Shown: positions 34,816 through 46,713 of the stretch, one piece after another | Position numbering within the stretch: the first letter of the stretch is position 1 | Layout: each line of letters starts with the position of its first letter | Assembly (NCBI RefSeq): GCF_964204645.1 | Contig: NC_134034.1 | Coordinates: forward strand, 13,033,062-13,097,061 | DNA from: Tubulanus polymorphus | Lineage: Eukaryota; Animalia; Nemertea | DNA length: 64,000 bases | Reading direction: 5' to 3' | Made by a program: the position numbers and the translations under genes | Notes under the pieces: model-generated | Seen by the model: only the letters and a program-made list of their open reading frames with translations | The model's database searches: none | Told to the model about the DNA's origin: nothing

Positions 34816-34996
34816 ACCCGCTTAGCGCCACGCAGGGCATTATAAGTGGGTTCGATGCTTCTTTTTCCCAATGGGGGAGAGACCAGAGAAGAACCTTCGA
34901 CCAAGGAACTCTGTCGCCACCAGGGTTTGAACCCATAAACCCTGGATTGACGAGACCAGTGACCGGCGGCCTCAACCACGCGGCCACTGCGCGTCG
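34816..34996 (-). mobile_element. tRNA-derived SINE with 9-bp TSD GAGGCTTCA
   Basis: Minus strand A-box TGGCCGCGTGG and B-box GGTTCAAACC; TSD at 34807-34815 and 34997-35005; empty site in paralog F at 33395-33403. Confidence 0.85.
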
Positions 34997-36249
34997 GAGG
35001 CTTCATCGAGTGTTCAGAGCTTCATCAGAGACATTTTCAATTGAAAATGAACTTCAAGACATTCGACTTATTCACATTTACTTACGGTTGTGTCCTGCGA
35101 GGTTCTGCGGCTGCTGTGTGTGATCCGTTCACAGCGATTCGTGAAAGTACATAATGAGAAATTCATATCGAAAACGAAGCACTTCGGAAGTTAGATCATC
35201 GATTCATGCAGTTGATTTTTTTGGTATCATGTCATGATATCTATTTCTCAATTCTGAATTTGATCGATAAAACATCCGAGATCCGTTTCGGATTACGTGC
35301 CTATCTATTACATAAGTATGATATCTGATATTTCTGAAAACTGAATTTGTTCGATAAAACACTTACAATTCTATCATCCATTATAACATACGTGAGTCGT
35401 CTGGATCATCTGCATTCTGTTTAGTTTCTGAATTGTTGTCCTTATCGAAATCATGATGTCATAAGCAATAATTGAAGCTAAGCTTTAAATGATACTGTTG
35501 ATATTACCTGTTTTATATAGTATCAGCATATAATTGATGAGTAAACTATGTGTGAGAATATGTAAAGAAATGGTTCTAGCAAGGAAATTTAAGCTAAAAA
35601 CGTTACGTATACCACGGGTCTAAAATCGTATCGATGTGGATTATCTTGTAATAATTTACTGAATGAAACTTTTCCTGGGATAAATCAGTCATTCATGGAA
35701 ATTATATCGATATCTGGAGTAGAAAAATGAATCAATTTTTTATTCGACAGGTCCTGTGATGATATATGGATTCGGGAGTCGAAAAATCCCGATCTAATTT
35801 TGACAACGTATAAAACCAACACGGCTTATCACGTCATCACGATGTGAATTGCTCACGATACCAGTTACACGGTGATTTCGACGCTTATAGTTTATCAAAA
35901 TGTCATCAAGTAGAACCAGCCTATAAAAGGCTCGCAAAACACAATGTTTCATACAAATATAACATACTCATGTCACCGTTACCTCGTAAGGACGCCCTTT
36001 CAATATAGATGCAAACATATTCAATTGTTTTTCGTTAGAATTTGAGTTACTACCTCGGTACTTGAGAGGGATGTTATATCAACAGTTAATATATCTTCAA
36101 GTCATTTCTTAAATCAGTACAGTAAGAACAGTATACGAAATGCAGCCACTAGAAATCCTAGATTCTCATTAAAACGACTGAGCTAAATCGTTTGTCGCTT
36201 CGTCTTTTGGCTTACTCTGGTCGCTTTAGACAACGGATTCTACAAAGTC

Positions 36250-36410
36250 TCATTTCATTTTCAGACGAAGTCCCACCATGAGCCCTGGCGAACTTTGGCG
36301 CGCTATATGGTTGACTAGGAAAATCCTGCTTAGCTTGCCTCGAGTATTACCATCCAGATGGAAGCAAGTAATACACTGATATGCAGAGTAACTTTGACCG
36401 ACGATTTACC
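36250..36410 (-). pseudogene. Degenerate relic of the peptide-precursor coding exon (J)
   Basis: Reads ..VKVTLHISVLLASIWMVILEAS*, homologous to the family signal peptide (tccatctgg core); the KEKR region is partly deleted. Confidence 0.55.
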
Positions 36411-36924
36411 GGCATTGCCGAAAAAATACCGAAACTGCCCTTTACGAAATTCATCGAAAATATGTGACAGAATACGTTCGCGCATGCGCCTCGTCTCGTG
36501 ATCTACTCTCTGGGGAAAATCGTGGTCGAGACCAATAAAAAACTGCTCCTACGATACCACGGTGTGATTTGACATATGTACGCTTTTAAACACGTACCGT
36601 TTATAATTGTATGAAATAAAGCCACAAGAAATCCTAGGATCCCCATTGAAACGACTGGGCTAAATCAATTCGAATCCTAGCCAATATTAAACCTTCAAGA
36701 CAATAGTCGACAAAATATATGCACTGGAATGACAATTACTTTATTCTTTGTTATAACATATAGATACAATTACATCGTTACAGATAGAACAAGATGTTTA
36801 TTGGGTTATTTGAATCTATGTCTTATAAACAAAATTGTATCGCAAACTATGAAGGTAAGCAGTGGTGGCTAATTTACATTAGTATAGCCAATCTAACACT
36901 GTTTAGAAAGAGTTATCATTATGC

Positions 36925-37409
36925 TTAGCCTCGACTCATGACATAACGTCGCAAATAGTTAGAAAAAAAAAACCTATCAAAACGCTTTTCCTTGCCTGCT
37001 GCGAGCGTCACAAACCAGAGGAAAATAAGGAATATCGCGTTAAATTGTGCGGCAAATTTGGTTAACTGTCCTGAAAAGGAAAGAAAATACTACAAGTAGA
37101 TTCATAGAAATAGGATGTCAGAATTTCATTTTGAAATGCTACCGATACGGGACACATAAGCAAAGATACTGCTCATTACGCCCATCCCGTATATGCGCTT
37201 AAAACGATTAAGAGAATTGACAGTGAAAACTGGATTTACTTCATTTTACACGCAAAAACTATATGATAAGATACAGACAGTTTAACGATTAACAAATACA
37301 ATCTATAGATGAAATACGTTCAGCAATTATACATGAATTTCCTATATATCCTCCCCTACTATACTACTCCATATAAGCAAAAACGACTAAATATGTACTT
37401 ACCAAACAT
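36925..37409 (-). CDS. Small secreted peptide precursor, copy H: MFGQLTKFAAQFNAIFLIFLWFVTLAAG-KEKR-FDRFFFSNYLRRYVMSR-G* (predicted amidated)
   Basis: ATG-TTT-G 37409-37403|gtaagt; ttttcag|exon 37070-36925; non-coding exon donor near 37816; TATAAA-like element near 37885. Confidence 0.8.
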
Positions 37410-39489
37410 TTTACCTCTGGTAAGACACCCGAAAAGTGAGTCGAATATGGCGAATTGAGGCCTAGGAAGAAAGATAATACAACATTGTATTCAAAGTCTA
37501 TAATACTCCTTCATATTCTATGACTGACACTTCTCAAAAAACACAGTTATCATTCACGTATACGACTCATAAATGTATCAAAGCTTGATATATAGCTAGG
37601 ATTGTGAGTGATGTTTTCACCATCGGAGTTAGATAATTTTGCAATTTCCAATTTGACATTGTTTATTGAAAATGAACTTCGAACAGCATTAAATAGACAT
37701 TTCATGTACACACTTTAAAACAGCGACTAGCGTTCACAGCTTCATCAGAGACATTTTCAATTGGAGATAAACTAAAACAGACATTCTACCTAAAGTATCA
37801 GCGGACATTTACTTACGGATTTGTACTGCGAGGTTCCTCGGCTGCTGCGCGCGATCCGTTCACTGCAATCGAATTATGAGAACTTTATATTGAAAAACGA
37901 AGCACTTCGGAAACGAGACATTGTTTGATCATCGATTCGTGAAGTTGATTTCAATCGGATTCGAATTTCTGTTAGCCGAGTGCAGAGTGCACGACCACGT
38001 AAAGTATGATATACGATATTTCTCAATTCTGAATTTGATCAATAAAACACATATAATTCTATAACCTATTATTACATGAATCATCTACATTCAACATTCT
38101 AAAACTGTAATGGAAGTTTTATTCTAAGCTACACAAAGCATAAACACGTTTTTCGTTGCCATATTTTGGACCGGCCACTATCCCCAGATCTTCCGACCGG
38201 TTCCACAAGTCTTAAATAAAGTAAAACTGATTTGAGGTTAGATATCTTGTAATAGTTGAATGCAGGGGTGGACTATGAAAATTGGAAGACTGCCGGGGTC
38301 TGAAAGACGATCGAGTAAGGACCTGACACGGATAAAGCAGCCATGTTGAAGGTATGGCAGACTGAGGTTGTGTAATCGGGATTAGACATCACTGAAGCCG
38401 CTCCATCCGACGAAGAGATGCAGTTTCCGACAGAATCAGTTTGAAATATATTTATTTTAACAAACTCTGTTTTAATGAAAATGGCATCTCCAAAATCGCT
38501 CCGTATAGCTGCCCCTGGAATTATAGACCATTCTCATATTTTACCATTCTTCGGCTGGCAAATTCTGCTAAGATTATGGTTATTGTGGAGCTAGGGTTAA
38601 GGATATGGCTGCCCAATGAGTAGCAACTGAAGCTGTGGTTGGGACTTATTCTTGGGCTGGTGGCGTGTTTTTGGTAGCTCGAAGTTCTTGGTGATTGATG
38701 AGCCTGGCCATAGGGTTAGTGAGTTGACTGGTCACCATCTGTGAGTGGATTTATCGATTACAATTTTCCAATCAGTTAATTCCCCGGCGCCTGGTTCAGG
38801 TCGAAAACGCACTTCCGTATAATTTTTTCAGTAATAAGAAAATAAGTAACAAAACGTTTTCTCAGAAATTCTTATCAGTGATTATGCTGAAAGATTTTCG
38901 AAAACTTTCATCCAAAAGAATAGCAAATGTCTTCTTGTCTCACAGGCATCAGAGTCGGGTTATTTTCTAAGGTCTTAATTATGCCTCATTGAACTGAGTG
39001 AAATCACTGAGTAAAATCGGATCCCGCCTCGCTTGCCATAGTCTATTATCAAGCCGCTGTTCCTTGAACAAGTAGTGGTAAATGTAACTTAGTCGAATAC
39101 GCGGGCGGACCTAGGAAAATTGGAAGACCGCCGCGTTCAGAGAGAAAAGGAAGGTCATTACTCAAAAGCCGCCAAGCCGAAAGGTAGCAGAAACCTATCA
39201 TCGGGTTAAGACATCTAGTTTTCTAAGATCGGTATAAGATAACAGATTAAGTCAGGATCAACCGACCCAACTGACTGAGGATAGAACCGTTTAATTCGTA
39301 CATGAAAAAAAAAACCAAATGTGAAGAGGATTGTTTTTGAAAAGCCGCGATCGCACGAGCTGCTACTGATAAAGTGAGATATCCTTACCTTGATTAACGT
39401 TACCATCACTACGACTACCATCACAACATTTTTGTCGCTTCGTCTTTTGGCTTACTCTGGTCGCTTTAGACAACGGATTCTACAAAGTC

Positions 39490-39655
39490 TCATTTCATTT
39501 TCAGACGAAGTCCCACCATGAGCCCTGGCGAACTTTGGCGCGCGATATGGTTGACTAGGAAAATCCTGCTTTTCCTTAGCTTGCCTCGAGTATTACCATC
39601 CAGATGGAAGCAAGTAATACACTGATATGCAGAGTAACTTTGACCGACGATTTAC
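39490..39655 (-). pseudogene. Degenerate relic of the peptide-precursor coding exon (K), duplicate of J
   Basis: ..VKVTLHISVLLASIWMVILEAS* followed out of frame by aag gaa aag c agg (KEK/R). Confidence 0.6.
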
Positions 39656-40165
39656 CGGCATTGCCGAAAAAATACCGAAACTGCCCTTTACGAAATTCAT
39701 CGAAAATATGTGACAGAATACGTTCGCGCATGCGCCTCGTCTCGTGATCTACTCTCTGGGGAAAATCGTGGTCGAGACCAATAAAAAACTGCTCCTACCA
39801 CGGTGTGATTTGACATATGTACGCTTTTAAACACGTACCGTTTATAATTGTATGAAATAAAGCCACAAGAAATCATAGGATACCCATTGAAACGACTGGG
39901 CTAAATCAATTCGAATCCTAGCCAATATTAAACCTTCAAGACAATAGTCGACAAAATATATGCACTGGAATGACAATTACTTTATTTTTTGTTATAACAT
40001 ATAGATACAATTACATCGTTACAGATAGAACAAGATGTTTATTGGGTTATTTGAATCTATGTCTTATAAACAAAATTGTATCGCAAACTATGAAGGTAAG
40101 CAGTGGTGGCTAATTTACATTATTACAGCCAATCTAACACTGTTTAGAAAGAGTTATCATTATGC

Positions 40166-40650
40166 TTAGCCTCGACTCATGAAAAAACGTTGAAAAAAGT
40201 TAGAAAAAAAAAACCTATCAAAACGCTTTTCCTTGCCTGCTGCGAGCGTCACAAACCAGAGGAAAATAAGGAATATCGCGTTAAATTGTGCGGCAAATTT
40301 GGTTAACTGTCCTGAAAAGGAAAGAAAATACTACAAGTAGATTCATAGAAATAGGATGTCAGAATTTCATTTTGAAATACTACCGATACGGGACACATAA
40401 GCAAAGATACTGCTCATTACGCCCATCCCGTATATGCGCTTAAAACGATTAAGAGAATTGACAGTGAAAACTGGATTTACTTCATTTTACACGCAAAAAC
40501 TATATGATAAAATACAGACAGTTTAACGATTAACAAATACAATCTATAGATGAAATACGTTCAGCAATTATACATGAATTTCCTATATATCCTCCCCTAC
40601 TATACTACTCCATATAACCAAAAACGACTAAATATGTACTTACCAAACAT
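40166..40650 (-). CDS. Small secreted peptide precursor, copy I: MFGQLTKFAAQFNAIFLIFLWFVTLAAG-KEKR-FDRFFFSNFFQRFFMSR-G* (predicted amidated)
   Basis: ATG-TTT-G 40650-40644|gtaagt; exon 40311-40166; duplicate of H. Confidence 0.8.
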
Positions 40651-42495
40651 TTTACCTTTGGTAAGACACCCGTAAAGTGAGTCGAATATGGCGAATTGAG
40701 GCCTAGGAAGAAAGATAATACAACATTGTATTCAAAGTCTATAATACTCCTTCATATTCTATGACTGACACTTCTCAAAAAACATCAGTTATCATTCACG
40801 TATACGACTCATAAATGTATCAAAGCTTGATATATAGCTAGGATTGTGAGTGATGTTTTCACCATCGGAGTTAGATAATTTTGCAATTTCCAATTTGACA
40901 TTGTTTATTGAAAATGAACTTCGAACAGCATTAAATAGACATTTCATGTACACACTTTAAAACAGCGACTAGCGTTCACAGCTTCATCAGAGACATTTTC
41001 AATTGGAGATAAACTAAAACAGACATTCTACCTAAAGTATCAGCGGACATTTACTTACGGTTTTGTACTGCGAGGTTCCTCGGCTGCTGCGCGTGGTCCG
41101 TTCACTGCAATCGAATTATGAGAACTTTATATCGAAAAACGAAGCACTTCGGAAACGAGACATTGTTTGATCATCGATTCGTGAAGTTGATTTCAATCGG
41201 ATTCGAATTTCTGTTAGCCGAGTGCAGAGTGCACGACCACGTAAAGTATGATATACGATATTTCTCAATTCTGAATTTGATCAATAAAACACATATAATT
41301 CTATAACCTATTATTACATGAATCATCTACATCCTAAATTCTAAAACTGTAATGGAAGTTTTATTCTAAGCTACACAAAGCATAAACACGTTTTTCGTTG
41401 CCATATTTTGGACCGGCCACTATCCCCAGATCTTCCGACCGGTTCCACAAGTCTTAAATAAAGTAAAACTGATTTGAGGTTAGATATCTTGTAATAGTTG
41501 AATGCAGGGGTGGACTATGAATATTGGAAGACTGCCGGGGTCTGAAAGACCGAGTAAGGACCTGACACGGATAAAGCAGCCATGTTGAAGGTATGGCAGA
41601 CTGAGGTTGTGTAATCGGGATTCAGACATCACTGAAGCCGCTCCATCCGACGAAGAGATGCAGTTTCCGACAGAATCAGTTTGAAATATATTTATTTTAA
41701 CAAACTCTGAAATGAAAAGGGCATCTTCAAATCGCTCCGTATAGCTGCCCCTGGAATTATAGACCATTCTCATATTTTACCATTCTTCGGCTGGCAAACC
41801 GAATTCTTCTGCTAAGATTATGGTTATTGTGGAGCTAGGGTTAAGGATATGGCTGCCCAATTAGCAACTGAAGCTGTGGTTGGGACTTATTCTTGGGCCG
41901 GTGGCGTGTTTTTGGTAGCTCGAAGTTCCTGGTGATTGATGAGCCTGGTATAGGATTAGTGAGTTGAATGGTCACCATCTGTGAGTGGATTTCGATCGAT
42001 TACAATTTTTCCAATCAGTTTTAATTCCCCGGCGCCTGGTTCAGGTCGAAAACGCACTTCCGTATAATTTTTTCAGTAATAAGAAAATAAGTAACAAAAC
42101 GTTTTCTCAGAAATTCTTATCAGTGATTATGCTGAAAGATTTTCGAAAACTTTCATCCAAAAGAATAGCAAATGTCTTCTTGTCTCACAGGCATCAGAGT
42201 CGGGTTATTTTCTAAGGTCTTAATTATGCCTCATTGAACTGAGTGAAATCACTGAGTGAAATCGGATCCCGCCTCGCTTGCTATAGTCTATTATCAAGCC
42301 GCTGTTCCTTGAACAAGTACTGGTAAATGTAAGAAGGTCTGGTATTCAGACTTCGCTTGCCATGGCACGATGCCGCTGCCGTTAAAGCCACATCCTTTGG
42401 CAAGCGAGTATGACTAATATACGTTCCGACGCGTAACTTTCGGTTCTTAGTACGACCGGGTCGCGCTAGCTTCGATTGAGTCATAACTAGCGAAG

Positions 42496-45400
42496 ATGGC
42501 GGAAGAAAGCGCCGATCGAGTTCAATTGGCGAACGGTAATTACAACTCTACAGGTCAGTGATTATCAATTTACCGAATTTATTTTCATTCGGAGTTTATC
42601 GTCGAACGTCGAGAAAAATTTCCGCTCCGAAATCGCTTTGGAACCCGGAGTTTCCGATGAGAGAACGAAGTATTAGCTTAGTCTGTGTCTACTCCTTCCG
42701 AATATGATTTTTAGCTAATTAGTCGAATTCTTCGATGATTACCCGTTGATAATTTTACCCTTTTCTTCCCGACCCGTTCCTGAATCATTCGAGTACCTAA
42801 ATCTTAGAAATTAATGCCTAAACGTCCTGAGACTTTCAGGGGCGGACAATGAATGGGAATGCCTCATCATTCATGGGAGGGTCCGCCTCCCGACCATCCC
42901 AAAAAAGTCAAGATGCCCTGAAATTTCACGGGAAAATATAAATGATGGATTGATATCTAAAAATGTTGACATTCATAAGCTTGTTCTCTATATTTTCAAA
43001 AGTGAGTTAATATTTTCCGGAGCGAGGTTGCTTTCAGGGTGCCATTTTAATTGATCCCCTATTTTGGGGGGGTTTTACCCTCCCTGATTCGAACCCTAGA
43101 TCCGCCCCTGATAATCAGGCCTAATTACTGAGTGTCATGATATACAAGATCAAAACTGAATCCTGGTTGCTGACTACAATGCAATGCGGTCGATTATTTA
43201 AGTCGTACAGTCCACAGTGTAGTCCGATTACTGACTAAAAACTACGGTCCAGTTACTGACTGAATGATAGTCTGGCTACTGACTAAATTCAATGTCTCTA
43301 GGTTACTGACTCCTGCTTGTTCTAAAGTGCCGTCTCCTATGATACATGTTTCTTTGATTCAGTTGTTTAGAATATGTAGTGGCCAGTCACCCCCCCCCCA
43401 AAAAAAAAAAAATCAAGTGGCTATTCATACGGACACGTATGGATTACTCTGGAATTATTCGTAGGGTTAGGGTTAGGGTAAGGTGAGGCTATATGTAGTT
43501 AAAACATTCGATCGACTGTCAGCGAGCTCGATGGTCTAGTGGTATGATGCTGCGCTAGTAATTTACTGGCGCGGGTTCCAGTCTCGCTCGATCCGCTATT
43601 TTTCTCTAACTATATTCTCCGCGCTTTCCTTGAATTTTCTAAGTCGCGCACCTCTGTACGCATGCGTGGCGTCCAATCAGCGACAGTTATTAGCGTACAG
43701 ATCCTAGTTCCGTACGAGTAGCCTCCTGAGTAATCCCCGTACGGGTAGCTTCCAGAGTAATCCCCGTACGGGTCTGTACGGGTAGGTTCCAGAGTAATCC
43801 CCGTACGAGTAGCCTCCAGAGTAATCCCCGTACCGGTAGCCTCCAGAGTAATCCCCATACGGGTAGCCTCCAGAGTGATCCCCGTACGGGTAGCCACAGC
43901 GTTTAGAATATTATTGATTCTCAGGTTTCAGGAAGGATAGAAAGAGAAATTTTAATGGTAAGTCTCGAAATGTGTTATGGATGATTTTTATTTTGCCATT
44001 AGATCAAACGGATTGATTATTTTTATTTGTTCATTTGTTTGCTTGAACATTTTCATTTACGTTATTTAGTTTAGTTTTGGAGGTTTTTTGTTTTGGATGT
44101 GTTTCATTTCATCTTAATTGCACGTTGTTTATCATAGAATTTTCATATTTGATCTTTTAACGCAATAATTGTAAAACATTAAGAGCTTTGAAATCTGTAG
44201 ATAGCATAGAGACACATCCTATTCAAACCAGGAAGCTGACAGAGTCATGATGTTACCGGGTTCAAATTCCTGTCTGACTCTCATGATGTCAAATCCCTGT
44301 GAGGGAGGATGTGTCTACTAGGACAGGTGTTTGTACTGTGACAGAGTCTCATGATGTCATCAGGTTCAAATCCCTGTGAGGGAGGATGTGTCTAGTAGGA
44401 CAGGGGTTTGTACTGTGACAGAGTCTCATGATGTCATCAGGTTCAAATCCCTGTGAGGGAGGATGTGTCTACTAGGACAGGGGTTTGTACTGTGACAGAG
44501 TCTCATAATGTCATCAGGTTCAAATCCCTGTGAGGGAGGATGTGTCTACTAGGACAGGGGTTTGTACTGTGACAGAGTCTCGTGATGTCATCAGGTTCAA
44601 ATCCCTGTGAGGGAGGATGTGTCTACTAGGACAGTGGTTTGTACTGTGACAGAGTCTCGTGATGTCATCAGGTTCAAATCCCTGTGAGGGAGGATGTGTC
44701 TACTAGGACAGTGGTTTGTACTGTGACAGAGTCTCGTGATGTCATCAGGTTTAAATCCCTGTGAGGGAGGATGTGTCTACTAGGGCAGGGGTTTGTACTG
44801 TGACAGAGTCTCGTGATGTCATCAGGTTCAAATCCCTGTGAGGGAGGATGTGTCTAGTAGGACAGGGGTTTGTACTGTGACAGAGTCTCATGGATGTCAT
44901 CAGGTTCAAATCCCTGTGAGGGAGGATGTGTCTAGTAGGACAGGGGTTTGTACTGTGACAGAGTCTCACGATGTCATCAGGTTCAAATCCCTGTGAGGGA
45001 GGATGTGTCTACTAGGACAGGGGTTTGTACTGTGACAGAGTCTCGCGATGTCATCAGGTTCAAATCCCTGTGAGGGAGGATGTGTCTACTAGGACAGGGG
45101 TTTGTACTGTGACAGAGTCTCGTGATGTCATCAGGTTCAAATCCCTGTGAGGGAGGATGTGTCTACTAGGACAGGGGTTTGTACTGTGACAGAGTCTCGT
45201 GATGTCATCAGGTTCAAATCCTTGTGAGGGAGGATGTGTCTACTAGGACAGTGGTTTGTACTGTGACAGAGTCTCGTGATGTCATCAGGTTCAAATCCTT
45301 GTGAGGGAGGATGTGTCTACTAGGACAGGGGTTTGTACTGTGCCAGAGTCTCGTGATGTCATCAGGTTCAAATCCCTGTGAGGGAGGATGTGTCTACTAG

Positions 45401-46615
45401 GACAGGGGTTTTATCCTGATGAATAACCCTAACAGCCACAAGTTGATGATTGGGTTTGATATAATGAATTGTGATTATTTCATGACTGGGTGTACGTACT
45501 TGAATGTGAATCATCATCAGGTGTTTGAATTAACTATTGATTCAACGTTTTTCAAGTTGTGCGTATATGTAACCTCAATTTAAAGTACTTATGTCACGGG
45601 TTTGTTTGACTGCCAGGAAACGTCAAGTGCGTGTGTGTAATAAATCAGCGTCCCTTGGTTGCTTATAAACTGCTAAACAGAAAATGATTTTAAAGCTGCT
45701 TGAATTTGAGTAAATTGCCCGAAACACTTTCAATTTTGAGAATTAGGCTATTATAAGAAATCTTTTAAATCAGACTGCGCCTAAGTCGGTACAGTTAGGA
45801 CCGGGATATTTTTTTCGTTATAAGGTGGTTACTGAATTGAAAAAACCGAGTTTAGGTCGTGTAAGGGATAAAACTGTGCTCACAAAACCACCGAATTACT
45901 GGTTCGGCACTGATTTTATTATAGTTAACCTAGTACAGCTTAATCAGGATGATTCAGTTCACAGACCGAGTAAGGACGATGTACTTAACAGTTTCATACC
46001 GGAATTAGTCTCGGATAAAAAATGTTTCTGATCCAAAAATACTGGTAAATTGACATAATATATTAGACGCGGTATATTGTCAGTGATGTATTTATAGCCT
46101 GATGCTGAGTGGAGCTTGTCGATTTGATTCTAGTGCTTCTGATGCATTGTAAACGAAAGACTTGCTGTCATTTCTCATGTATAGAGGGAATGCGCAATTT
46201 TTCGCAGTGATAAATTTAAGGATATTCCTATAGAACTAATATGGAAAATACATTAAACTACGAGTTGACAGGTAGGATTTGTTCATGAATTTGATCAGTT
46301 TAAAGGGATGTATTTGTCAGGTGGGGGGTGAACCGATGATCGGAGACAATAGATTCCCGGGGGGGAAGGGGGGATAAACGGAGTCTACTGCGGATGCATA
46401 AAGAACAATTCAAAGATATTCGATATAATTCTTAAGCGTTCGTTCAGACACAGCTGTTGCTGTACGGGATGATGTTCTCTTATTCGATACCGTATTTCAT
46501 GAACGTCAAATCCGCGACATATGTTACACGTATTGTAAAACATGAAATGGCGTCCAATCCTGGTAAGGAGGCGATTTAACATTATCTCTTTTTCACTGTT
46601 CTACTAATGCCTTCA

Positions 46616-46713
<98 letters not shown>

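Larger units (their letters stand above)
36190..42330. repeat. Tandem segmental duplication, about 3.24 kb period (about 36190-39080 and 39430-42330), carrying J/H and K/I
   Basis: Near-identical colinear copies with sparse SNPs and indels. Confidence 0.92.

Noticed and set aside
35921-36111. TATAAAA + ATG + GTAAG suggesting a small plus-strand gene
   Set aside because: The spliced product (about 29 aa) has no signal peptide, family similarity or second copy to support it.
41480-41773. 97-aa ORF as a transposon or gene fragment
   Set aside because: No recognisable motif, and the frame is broken by indels in the duplicate at about 38240-38540.
43462-43482. Telomere or interstitial fusion site (TTAGGG)
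   Set aside because: Only 2-3 units, inside a putative non-autonomous element.
43524-43595. Functional tRNA gene
   Set aside because: The A-box is recognisable, but the anticodon arm and T-loop (ggttccagtc) are degenerate and it sits inside a repeat element.
44240-45410. CRISPR array or repeat-protein ORF (44751-44969)
   Set aside because: Homogeneous 77-bp satellite inside a SOAT intron; the unit is not a multiple of 3.
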